Positions 15,851 to 24,721 of a stretch of DNA of 26,027 bases are shown here, in pieces; positions within the stretch are counted from its first letter, which is position 1, and each line of letters starts with the position of its first letter. This DNA comes from Actinomycetes bacterium (GTDB lineage Bacteria; Actinomycetota; CALGFH01). A program made the translations under genes and the position numbers. The notes under the pieces were generated by a model. That model saw nothing but the letters and a program-made list of their open reading frames with translations, ran no database searches and was not told where the DNA came from. The DNA lies in NCBI GenBank assembly GCA_036259695.1, contig DATABK010000656.1:1-26027 (forward strand), given 5' to 3'.

Positions 15851-18800
15851 ATGAACCGGCCAAGCATGCCAACCTCGAACCAGCCGCCCAGCGGCCTCCC
15901 GAGCGCCACCCCGGCCGCCCCGGACACGGCCCCGGCCGCCTCGGCGACAGCCCCGGCGGCGGGGTCGGTCATCCGCGCCCTGCCTGGCGCCGGCCCGGTG
16001 GGGCTTCCCGACGGGCCTCCGGGTGACCTGGCGGCCATGCTCCCACCCGGCAACGTGGTCATTCTCGGCGGCCCGGGCAGCGGCAAGACGGCCCTGCTCG
16101 AGGCGACCATGCACCACCTGCTGGGCCGGCCGGGCGGCACCGCCCGGTTCCTGACCTCCAGCCGCCAGGCCGCCGTCGCCTCCACCGAGCGGCTCCTGGC
16201 CGGGCTCAGCCGTGCCTCCGGCGGCGAGCTCGGCTGCGTGACCTGGCACGCGTTCGCCCGCGGGCTGGTCACGAGCCATGCCGACCTGCTCGACTACCGC
16301 GGCGAACCGCGCCCGCTGAGCGGCCCCGAACAGTGGGCCCTGGTCCGATCGCTGCTCACGCTCGACCACCCCGAGGTCGACTGGGGCCCGCTGGCGCCGC
16401 TGGTCGACACCCGTGCCTTCACCGACGAGCTGGCCGAGTTCGTCCTGGCCTGCGAGCGCCGCCTCATCGATCCCGAGGAGCTGCTCGAGCGCGCCCGGGC
16501 CGAGGGGCGCCCCAACTGGGTCCCGGTCGCCGCCTTCCTCTCCCTCTATGGCGAGCACCTGGCCCTCCAGGACTCGGTCGACCAGGCCGGCCTCATCCTC
16601 CAGGCCGGCGACCTGCTCGAGGACCGCCCCGACGTCCTCGCCACCACGGTCGCCCAGGTTGGCACCATCCTGGTCGACGAGGCCCAGGAGCTCGACCCGG
16701 CCCAGCTCCGCCTGCTCACGCTGCTGGCCGAGGGCGGGGTCAGGACCATCCTGGCCGGCGACCCCGCCGGCAGCACCGACGCCTTCCGCGGCGCCACCCC
16801 GGGCGCCCTGCCGGCATGGGCGGGGCGCCTCGGCGCCAGCGTGGTCCTGCTGGAGCGCAGCCGGCGTCTCGGCGGCCCGGGTCTCGACGCCGTGCGCCGC
16901 CTCCAGGCGGCCGGCCCCGGCCCGGTCATCGCCCTCACCGGCGGTGGGACCACGACCGTGGAGGCCGCCCGCTACCCCGGGCCCGCCGAGGAGGCGGAGG
17001 CCAACGCCCGCCTCCTGCGGGTGGCCCACGAACGGGACGGCGTCCCCTACGGCCGGATGGCCGTCCTGCTGCCGTCGACCCGGCGGCTCAGCGCGCCCAC
17101 CCGCCGGGCCCTTGAGCGGTTCGGCGTCCCCTACCGGCTGGGTGCCGGCGAGCGCCAGCTCGTGGCCGAGCCGATCGTCGGGCACGTCCTGGACCTGTTC
17201 CGCCTCGCCCTCGACCCGGCCCGGGCCGACGAGCTGCTCCCCTCCCTCCTCACCTCACCCCTGGGCGGCCTCGACCCGGGCGAGCTGCGCGCCCTCCGCC
17301 GCGCCGCCCTCCTCGCCGACCGCTCCCTGGCCGACCACGTCCGCGCCCGGGCCGTCCCGCCGCCCCAGCCGGAAGCGCCCGCGGGCCCGGCCGAGATCGT
17401 TCAGGACACCGACGGTGGGGGAGCGGCCGGCGCTCCGGAAGCGGAGGCCGCAGGACCGGCGGGGAACGGTTCGAAATCGGAGGCCGCAGGGCCGGCGGCG
17501 GCCGGTCAAGAAGCGGAGTCCGAGGGACCAGCGCGGGTTGGTTCCGCGCTGGTGCTCGACCCGGGGCTGGTGGCCCGGGTGCAGGCGCTCTGCGACCTGA
17601 TCGAGCGGGCCCAGCGCTGGGTCGCCGAGCTGGACGCGGACGCCTGCTTCTGGGAGGTGTGGCGCTCCGCCCCCGCCTTCTCCGACCTGATCCTGCGCGC
17701 CGAGGCGGACCCGGCCGACGCCGACGTGCAGCGCCAGCTCGACGCCCTGACCGCCTTCTCCCGTGCCCTCAGCCTGTTCGTCGACGGCCGTCCTGGCGCC
17801 AGCATGCGCACCTACCTGGACGTGGTCGAGCGGGCCGACTTCGCCAGCGACCCCTGGCTGGCCCCGGCGATGGCCAGGAACGACGCGGTCGCCGTGCTGT
17901 CGGTCAACGCCGCCAAGGGCCAGGAGTTCGACCTGGTGATCGTGGCCGGGTGCCTGGAGGGCGCGCTGCCGCAGGTCGCCCGCCCCCAGGGGCTGTTCGA
18001 AGCCTGGCGGCTGGACGGCGACCCGGGCCCGGTGGCCCGCGCGAACGCCCTCCTGGACGCCGAGCGGCGACGCTTCACCCTCGCGGCCAGCCGGGCCAGG
18101 GACCGGGTGGTCCTCACGGCCGCACGGGTCGACGGCCGCGGCGAGCCCTCCCGCTTCCTGCGCGAGCTCGGGCTGGAGCTCCCTACCGACCCTCCGACCC
18201 TGGACACCGCCCCGCTGGGCTCCCTGGAAGCCGCCGGCGCCCTGCGGCGGGTCGCCGGCGACCGGGACCGGCCGGCCGCCGAACGGCTGGCCGCGGCGAC
18301 CACCCTGGCCGCCATCCCGGGCGTCGACCCGGCGACCTGGTGGTGGCGGCGCGACTACACCGTCGACCCCGAGCCGATCGCCGCCGAGGGCCGCCTGCGC
18401 ACCTCCTACTCGCGGATCGGGACCTACGAGGACTGCCATCTCAGGTACTTCTTCGGCAGCGTCGCCGGGCTCGACGACCGCTCCTCCTACCAGATGGCCT
18501 TCGGCCGGCTGATGCACACCATCTTCGAGCTGGCCGCCAAGGGCGACATCAGCAATGAGCCGGACGACCTGAAGGCCGCCTACCGCAAGCGGTTCAACCC
18601 CGCCTGGTTCCCGACCAGGGCCATCGCCTACCAGTACTGGCGCGACGGCATGGGCATGCTCGAGCTCTGGCACCGCGGCGAGGCCGAGCTCGCCCGCCGC
18701 GCCCTCCGGTTCGAGGTCGGGTTCGAGATGGAGGTCGGGGGCCACCTGGTCCGGGGGCGCATCGACCGGGTCGACCCCGGCCCCGACGACGGCATCATCC

Positions 18801-19303
18801 TCCTCGACTACAAGACCGCCCGCTACCCGGCGTCCGAGGAGGAGGCCGAGCGCTCCCTCCAGCTCGCCATCTACTACCTGGCCGCTCTCCGCGACCCGGA
18901 GCTGGCCGCCCTCGGCCGCCCGGTCGAGATGCAGCTGGTCTACCCGGCCAGGGTCATGCATGGCCGGTTCACCCGGGTGAGCCAGCACCCGGGCCCCGAC
19001 CACGACATCAAGGTCGAGCAGCGACTGCTCACCCTCCTCGAGGGAGCGGCCGCCGAGTCCTTCGACCCCGACCCGCACGCCGACTGCCGCATGTGCGCCT
19101 TCAAGCCCATCTGCCCCATGTGGCCCCAGGGCGAGGAGTTCCTGGCCCCGGCCCACCCCCCGTCGGGCCTGGGTCCGACCGGTACCGCCCCGGAGGCCCC
19201 AGGACCCACCGCCGCCCCAGGGAGCGACCCGGGAACCACCGCGGTGGTACCCACCGCCGCCCCGGCCGCCAACGCGGCCGCCAACGGGGGTGGTGACCGG
19301 TGA
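15851..19303 (+). CDS. adnA: UvrD-like helicase fused to a PD-(D/E)XK nuclease, AdnA-type subunit
   Basis: GGPGSGKT, degenerate LVDEAQE, KGQEFD and a diverged motif VI; nuclease GRIDRVD...LDYKT; Cys862 plus CxxC-x5-C (1079/1082/1088); GTGA-coupled to a second such gene. Confidence 0.85.
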   Translation: MNRPSMPTSNQPPSGLPSATPAAPDTAPAASATAPAAGSVIRALPGAGPVGLPDGPPGDLAAMLPPGNVVILGGPGSGKTALLEATMHHLLGRPGGTARFLTSSRQAAVASTERLLAGLSRASGGELGCVTWHAFARGLVTSHADLLDYRGEPRPLSGPEQWALVRSLLTLDHPEVDWGPLAPLVDTRAFTDELAEFVLACERRLIDPEELLERARAEGRPNWVPVAAFLSLYGEHLALQDSVDQAGLILQAGDLLEDRPDVLATTVAQVGTILVDEAQELDPAQLRLLTLLAEGGVRTILAGDPAGSTDAFRGATPGALPAWAGRLGASVVLLERSRRLGGPGLDAVRRLQAAGPGPVIALTGGGTTTVEAARYPGPAEEAEANARLLRVAHERDGVPYGRMAVLLPSTRRLSAPTRRALERFGVPYRLGAGERQLVAEPIVGHVLDLFRLALDPARADELLPSLLTSPLGGLDPGELRALRRAALLADRSLADHVRARAVPPPQPEAPAGPAEIVQDTDGGGAAGAPEAEAAGPAGNGSKSEAAGPAAAGQEAESEGPARVGSALVLDPGLVARVQALCDLIERAQRWVAELDADACFWEVWRSAPAFSDLILRAEADPADADVQRQLDALTAFSRALSLFVDGRPGASMRTYLDVVERADFASDPWLAPAMARNDAVAVLSVNAAKGQEFDLVIVAGCLEGALPQVARPQGLFEAWRLDGDPGPVARANALLDAERRRFTLAASRARDRVVLTAARVDGRGEPSRFLRELGLELPTDPPTLDTAPLGSLEAAGALRRVAGDRDRPAAERLAAATTLAAIPGVDPATWWWRRDYTVDPEPIAAEGRLRTSYSRIGTYEDCHLRYFFGSVAGLDDRSSYQMAFGRLMHTIFELAAKGDISNEPDDLKAAYRKRFNPAWFPTRAIAYQYWRDGMGMLELWHRGEAELARRALRFEVGFEMEVGGHLVRGRIDRVDPGPDDGIILLDYKTARYPASEEEAERSLQLAIYYLAALRDPELAALGRPVEMQLVYPARVMHGRFTRVSQHPGPDHDIKVEQRLLTLLEGAAAESFDPDPHADCRMCAFKPICPMWPQGEEFLAPAHPPSGLGPTGTAPEAPGPTAAPGSDPGTTAVVPTAAPAANAAANGGGDR
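17438..17545 (+). repeat. Three imperfect 36-nt tandem repeats inside adnA
   Basis: EAEAAGPAGNGS / KSEAAGPAAAGQ / EAESEGPARVGS, in frame. Confidence 0.8.
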
Positions 19304-22300
19304 GCGCGACCCTCACCGGGGTCGTGACCCCGGGGGTCCGGGCGGCGCTGCGCGGGCAGGACCCGACGCCGGAGCAGCTGGCCGCGGTCACGGCCCCGAT
19401 CGGGCCGGTGCACGTGATCGCCGGGGCCGGGTCGGGCAAGACGGCGGTGATGGCGGCCCGGATCGTCTACCTGATCGAGCGGCTCGGGGTCGCGCCCGCG
19501 TCCGTGCTCGGCCTGACCTTCACCAACAAGGCGGCCAGCGAGCTGGAGACCCGGGTCCGCGAGGCCCTCGCCGACATCCCGATCGACGTCGGCGAAGAGG
19601 TCACCGTCGACACCTACCACGCGTTCGCCGCCGACCTCGTCAAGGCGTACGGGATCCGGGTCGGGGTCGAGGTGGACGCCGACCTCCTCAGCGAGGCCCA
19701 GCAGTACCAGATCCTGCTCGGGATCCTCGACAGCGAACGGTTCGAGCACCTCAGCGTCCGCACCGCCGGCACCACCATCCGCAAGACCCTCGAGCTGGCC
19801 TCGGCCTGCGCCGACCACGTCGTCCCGGCCGAGCGCGTGGTCGAGGCGTCCCGCCGCCTCCTCCAGCGGGCCGACGAGGGCGAGCGGCTGCCCGACTGGA
19901 TGCTCCAGGCGGCCAAGGAGCGGATCGAGCTGGCCCGCCTGGTCGAGCGCTACGCGGCCGAGAAGCGGCGGCGGGGCCGCCTCGACTTCGGCGACCAGGT
20001 GGCCAAGGCGGTCGAGCTGGTCGAAGGCCATCCGGAGCTGCGCGAGGAGCTCCGGACCCGGTTCCAGCACGTCCTGCTCGACGAGTACCAGGACACCAAC
20101 GTGGCCCAGCGCCGCCTCATGCAGCGCATCTGCCCACCCGGCGCCTCGATCATGGCCGTGGGCGACGCCCGCCAGGCCATCTACGCCTTCCGCGGCGCCA
20201 CCATGTACAACCTCCTCTCCTTCGCCGACCACTTCCCGGCCACCGCCGCCGCCACGCCCGTCCTCCCCCCGCCTCCCCCGGCGCCGGTACCCACCCTCGG
20301 CGAGGGCCAGGAAGCCCCAGCCGCCGCCGGGGCGGCCCCGCTGCCACTGTCGACCAACTTCCGGTCGGGACCGCGGATCCTGGCCCTGGCCAACTCGGTG
20401 ATCGACCGGATCCCCGAGGAGCGGCGCGGGGGCACATCGCTGGTCGCCAGGCCCGGCGCCGCCGACGGCGAGGTCCGGGCGGCCCTGCTCGCCGACCAGT
20501 TCGCCGAGGCCGCCTTCGTCGCCGACCAGGTCGTGCAGGCCCACGAGACCGGCCTGCCCGACGGCACCTGGCCGGCGTGGCGGGACGTGGCCGTCCTCGT
20601 CCGGTCCAAGCGGCTCCTCGGCCCGCTGCGCGAGGCGCTCGAGCAGCGAGGCGTCCCGGTCGAGGTGGTGGGCCTGTCCGGCCTGCTGGAGACGCCCGAG
20701 ATCGTCGACCTGGTCTCGACCCTGCGCGTGATCGCCGACCCGGGGGCCAACGTCGCCCTGGCCCGGCTGCTCCTCGGTCCCCGCTGGCGGATCGGCCACC
20801 GGCACCTGGTCCGCCTGGCCCGCTGGGCGGCCCGGAACAACTGGAGCCTCAAGGACGAGCTGCCCGGCGAGGACCCCGACCCGGGCGACGTGAGCTTCGC
20901 GCTCGCCGAGGCCCTCGACCACCTGGACGAGGTCGAAGGGCTCGACGAGGAGGCGCGCAACCGCCTCGACGCGTTCTGTGAGGAGCTCCGGGAGCTGCGC
21001 GCGGCCGCCCGTGGCCCCCTGCTCGACCTGGTCCAGACCATCCTCGAGCGCACCGGGGTCTGGGCGGAGCTCGAGGCCTCCAGGGACCGCCGGGCCACCA
21101 CCGCCCGGCAGAACCTGGCCACCTTCCTCGACCGCGTGGCCGCGTTCGCCCCGGTCCAGGGCGACCCGTCCCTGGCCGCGTTCCTCGTCTACCTGGACGC
21201 GGTCGAGGACGCCTCCGAGCCGGTCGAGGCGGTGCAGCCGGCCCCGGTCGACTCGGTCAAGCTGATGACCGTGCACATGGCCAAGGGCCTGGAGTTCCCG
21301 ATGGTGGCGGTGGTCGGCCTGTCCGCCGGCACCGGCAAGGACGGTTCGCCCAGGTACGGGATCTTCCCGGACGCCAGGGTCGCCGACCCCCGCCGGGCCC
21401 AGGGCTTCCCCTACGAGCTGCGCGAGGACGCCGGCCACCTGCCCCGCTTCACCGGCAACGCCAAGGCGTTCCGGGGGGAGCTGGAGCAGCGCGCCCTCGA
21501 GGACGAGCGGCGGCTGTTCTACGTGGCCATCACCCGGGCCAGGCAGCTGCTGGTGCTCACCTCGGCCTGGTGGTACCAGGGCTCGGAGAAGATCCCCAAG
21601 GGCCCCGGGCCGTTCTGGAGGGAGGCGGCCGACCATCCGGCGGTGGAGGTCCTCGTCCAGGCCGACCAGCCCGCCGCCAGCCCCCTCACCGAGCGGCTCA
21701 GGGAGCGCGTGAGCTGGCCGCATCCCGGACGCCGGCCCGAGGACCAGGACGACCCGGTGTTCAGCGAGGGCCTCGCCGAAGCGGTCGAGCTGGAGCGTGC
21801 CGCCCCAGGGACGCTGGAGGCCCGGGTGCCGCCCGGGCAGGCCGACGCCTTCCGGGCCGGCATCGAGGCCGGCCGCCACCTGCTCGACGCGGCCCGGGTC
21901 GACCTGACGGCCGTCCGGGTCGAGCCGCCCCGGATCCTCTCGGTCATCCAGGTGCTCGACTACGCCCGCTGCCCCCGCGACTTCTACTGGTCGGTGGTGC
22001 GGCCACTGCCCTCGGCCCCCAAGCCGGCGGCCCGGCTGGGCTCCGTGGTCCACCGCCTGCTCGAGCGCCGCGCCCGCAACCTCCCCGACCTGCTGGACAC
22101 CGACGACCGCCCCGGCGGCCACCTGGCACCCGAGCTGATCGAACGGGCCAGCCGCAACGTGGCCGCCACCCGCTACGCCAGCCTCCCCCCGCCCGAGGCC
22201 GAGGCCGGCGTCATCCTCCGCCTCGGCCCGTGGGTGATCCGCGGCCGCATCGACGCCATCTTCCGCCAGCCCGGGGCCGAGGGCGCCGAGGTCGAGCTGG

Positions 22301-22638
22301 TGGACTGGAAGACCGGCCAACGGGTCGACGAGACCATGGGAGGGCTGGACCAGCTCGCCGTCTACGCCCTCGCCCTGCGAGAGCTGGGGAAGCTCCCAGG
22401 CGACCGCTGCCTCGTCTCCTACTGCTACCTCGGCGGGGAGGAGCCGGTCACCGACACCCGCACCCTCGGCCCAGCCGACCTCGACCAGCAGCGCGCCCGC
22501 CTGGAGGCCGTCCTCGCCGACCTCGACAAGGGCGACTACCAGCGAGCCTGCCGCCGCCCGGAATGCGAGTCGTGCCGCCGCGGCCTCGGCCCCCCGCCCC
22601 GCCCACCCTCCAGGACCGCGGAGGCGGAGCGCCGATGA
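19300..22638 (+). CDS. adnB: UvrD-like helicase fused to a PD-(D/E)XK nuclease, AdnB-type motor subunit
   Basis: Intact SF1A motifs: TPEQ, AGAGSGKT, TFTNKAA, LLDEYQDTN, VGDARQAIYAFRG, TNFRS, TVHMAKGLEF, DERRLFYVAITRA; nuclease GRIDAIF...VDWKTG. Confidence 0.88.
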   Translation: MSATLTGVVTPGVRAALRGQDPTPEQLAAVTAPIGPVHVIAGAGSGKTAVMAARIVYLIERLGVAPASVLGLTFTNKAASELETRVREALADIPIDVGEEVTVDTYHAFAADLVKAYGIRVGVEVDADLLSEAQQYQILLGILDSERFEHLSVRTAGTTIRKTLELASACADHVVPAERVVEASRRLLQRADEGERLPDWMLQAAKERIELARLVERYAAEKRRRGRLDFGDQVAKAVELVEGHPELREELRTRFQHVLLDEYQDTNVAQRRLMQRICPPGASIMAVGDARQAIYAFRGATMYNLLSFADHFPATAAATPVLPPPPPAPVPTLGEGQEAPAAAGAAPLPLSTNFRSGPRILALANSVIDRIPEERRGGTSLVARPGAADGEVRAALLADQFAEAAFVADQVVQAHETGLPDGTWPAWRDVAVLVRSKRLLGPLREALEQRGVPVEVVGLSGLLETPEIVDLVSTLRVIADPGANVALARLLLGPRWRIGHRHLVRLARWAARNNWSLKDELPGEDPDPGDVSFALAEALDHLDEVEGLDEEARNRLDAFCEELRELRAAARGPLLDLVQTILERTGVWAELEASRDRRATTARQNLATFLDRVAAFAPVQGDPSLAAFLVYLDAVEDASEPVEAVQPAPVDSVKLMTVHMAKGLEFPMVAVVGLSAGTGKDGSPRYGIFPDARVADPRRAQGFPYELREDAGHLPRFTGNAKAFRGELEQRALEDERRLFYVAITRARQLLVLTSAWWYQGSEKIPKGPGPFWREAADHPAVEVLVQADQPAASPLTERLRERVSWPHPGRRPEDQDDPVFSEGLAEAVELERAAPGTLEARVPPGQADAFRAGIEAGRHLLDAARVDLTAVRVEPPRILSVIQVLDYARCPRDFYWSVVRPLPSAPKPAARLGSVVHRLLERRARNLPDLLDTDDRPGGHLAPELIERASRNVAATRYASLPPPEAEAGVILRLGPWVIRGRIDAIFRQPGAEGAEVELVDWKTGQRVDETMGGLDQLAVYALALRELGKLPGDRCLVSYCYLGGEEPVTDTRTLGPADLDQQRARLEAVLADLDKGDYQRACRRPECESCRRGLGPPPRPPSRTAEAERR

Positions 22639-23078
22639 CCCGGCCCGGCGACGACAACCTCCGCGACCGGCTCCGCCGGGCGTTACCGGTGGCCATGAAG
22701 GCACGGGACCGCCCGGCGATGGCGGCGCTCCGGTCGGCGCTGGCGGCGATCGACAACGCCGAAGCCGTCGATCCGGCCCATGGATGGTCGGACGGTCTGG
22801 CCTGGGACCCTGGACCGGCTGGTTGGGAGGCTGCGGACACCGGCGCCGGTGTCGTGGACGCCGGGCATCCGGGGTTCGCTGGAACGGTCGCGGGGGTCGG
22901 CGCGACCGAGGCGGAGCGGCGCAGCCTCAGCCCGGCACAGATGGAGGACATCGTCCGCGCCGAGATCGAGGATCGAGAGGTGGCTGCGGCCGCCCTCGAA
23001 CGTGCCGGCCAGCGAGAGCCAGCCGAGCGATTACGGGCCGAGGTCAGGGTCCTGCTCTCCCACGTCAACAGGACCTGA
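22635..23078 (+). CDS. YqeY/GatB-domain-like helical protein, 147 aa
   Basis: ATGA overlap with the adnB stop. LRDRLRRALPVAMKARD...LRSALAAIDNAEA and IVRAEIEDR...AGQREPAERLRAEVRVL resemble YqeY, with a central insert. Confidence 0.65.
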   Translation: MTRPGDDNLRDRLRRALPVAMKARDRPAMAALRSALAAIDNAEAVDPAHGWSDGLAWDPGPAGWEAADTGAGVVDAGHPGFAGTVAGVGATEAERRSLSPAQMEDIVRAEIEDREVAAAALERAGQREPAERLRAEVRVLLSHVNRT

Positions 23079-23086
23079 TCCCGGCC

Positions 23087-23854
23087 TCAGCCCAGGCGGG
23101 TGGCCCGGCTGGTGTTGAAGCGGTCGGCGATCGCGTCCTTCAGGCCGAACGGGAAGCGGGACTTCACTCGCCTGTGGGCGGTCAGGAGGGCCTGCTGGGC
23201 GGTGGGGTCGCCGGCGAAGGCGGCGATGGCGTGCTCGGGGTCGACGTTGGCGACGGCGAGGATGGCACCGGGGAGGCCGAGGGAGCTGGCCATGAGGAGC
23301 ATGGAGGAGGCGCCGACGTAGAGGGGGTGGTGGAACACCTCGAGCTCGGCCAGGAGGCGCTCGGGGTCGCCGGTTGAGTCCTTCATGCCCTGGACGGGGA
23401 GGTCGGGCAGGGCGTCGAGGGGGATGCCGGGCGGGGCGGTCTGGGGGAAGTGGTAGGCGAGGACCGGCAGGTCGCCGGCGGCCTCGGCGACCGCCTCGTA
23501 GTAGGGGCGGGGGTCGTTGTTGCGGGGTGGGCAGAGGGCCAGGACGGCGTCGGCGCCGGCCTCGCGGGCGGCGCGGGTCAGGGCGGCGGCCTGCCGGGCC
23601 GATGGGCCGCCGGTGCCGGCGATCACCGGGACGCCGGCGGGAACGGCCCGTCGGGTCTCGGTGACCAGGGCGACCTGCTCCTCGGCGGTCAGGGCGGACG
23701 CCTCACCGGTCGACCCGGCCACCACCACGCCCCGGATCCCCAGGTCGACCAGGTTGGCGGCGAAGTCCGCGGTCGCCTTGAGGTCGACCTCGCCGTCCTC
23801 CTCGAACAGCGTCGCCAGCGCGACCCCAACCCCCGTGAACACCGGCTCCGCCAT
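23087..23854 (-). CDS. Dihydrodipicolinate synthase (DapA)-family class I aldolase; substrate unknown
   Basis: [29 protein letters not shown] (Tyr) and GMKDSTG (Schiff-base Lys); GAGGAGG upstream. Confidence 0.87.
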   Translation of the reverse strand: MAEPVFTGVGVALATLFEEDGEVDLKATADFAANLVDLGIRGVVVAGSTGEASALTAEEQVALVTETRRAVPAGVPVIAGTGGPSARQAAALTRAAREAGADAVLALCPPRNNDPRPYYEAVAEAAGDLPVLAYHFPQTAPPGIPLDALPDLPVQGMKDSTGDPERLLAELEVFHHPLYVGASSMLLMASSLGLPGAILAVANVDPEHAIAAFAGDPTAQQALLTAHRRVKSRFPFGLKDAIADRFNTSRATRLG

Positions 23855-23947
23855 CCCGCCACGCCTCCTCAGGCTCCACCTGGGCAAGTCTCCAGCCGTT
23901 CCCACCACCCTACGGCCCCAACGCCAGCCCGACCCACCCTCAGAGGT

Positions 23948-24002
23948 TTGCTCTTGCCGCCGTCGCCTGCGTAGACTGGCTAAGGAAACATAGTTGTTTC
24001 CT
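23948..24002 (+). promoter_or_regulatory. sufR promoter and palindromic operator
   Basis: TTGCTC-N18-TAGACT (23948-23977), followed at the expected start site by AGGAAACA-TAGT-TGTTTCCT (23983-24002). Confidence 0.65.
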
Positions 24003-24028
24003 AAATATTCTGGAGGAGCGGGAGGCCG

Positions 24029-24721
24029 ATGACGTCCGAGCGTGCCGGGGGCACGAGGGAGCGGATCGTCGTGCTCCTGCGGCGGCATGGGCGGTTGTCC
24101 GCGCCCCAGCTGGCGGAGCTGTTGCAGCTCAGCTCGGTGGGGCTGCGGCGGCATCTGGCGCTGCTGGAGCGGGACGGGCTGGTCTCCTCGGAGACCGAGA
24201 AGCTCAAGCGGGGGCGGCCGACCGCCGTCTACCGGCTGACCGACGCCGGGCTGGAGACCTTCCCGCGGCACTACGACGAGGTCGCCCGGGAGGCGCTGGC
24301 CTTCCTGAAGGGGCAGGACGCGGCCACCCTGGCCCAGTTCCTGGCCTGGCGGAACGAGCGGCTGGCGGCCAGCTACGCCGGACGGGTGGAAGGCGCTACC
24401 CTGGCCGAGCGGACCGACGCCCTGGCCGAGGTCCTGAACGAGCAGGGCTTCATGGCCGAGGTCGAGCCCGCCGAGGGCGGCCTGCGACTCTGCCAGCACA
24501 ACTGCACGGTGGAGCACCTGGCCACCGAGCTGCCCGACCTGTGCACCTCCGAGGCCGAGCTGTTCGAGCGCCTGCTCGGCACGCGGGTCGAGCGCGAGAC
24601 GACCATCGTCGATGGGGCGATGCGCTGCGAGACCCGGATCGACCTCGAGGCGCGACCGAGACACGCCCCGAACCGAACCACCCTGACACCGAACCACAAG
24701 GCAGCAAGGAGCCCAGCCTGA
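24029..24721 (+). CDS. sufR: SufR-type HTH transcriptional regulator of Fe-S assembly
   Basis: N-terminal HTH ([23 protein letters not shown]), FPRHY, C-terminal HNC...LCxxE...RC ligands; TGATG-coupled to sufB. Confidence 0.85.
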   Translation: MTSERAGGTRERIVVLLRRHGRLSAPQLAELLQLSSVGLRRHLALLERDGLVSSETEKLKRGRPTAVYRLTDAGLETFPRHYDEVAREALAFLKGQDAATLAQFLAWRNERLAASYAGRVEGATLAERTDALAEVLNEQGFMAEVEPAEGGLRLCQHNCTVEHLATELPDLCTSEAELFERLLGTRVERETTIVDGAMRCETRIDLEARPRHAPNRTTLTPNHKAARSPA

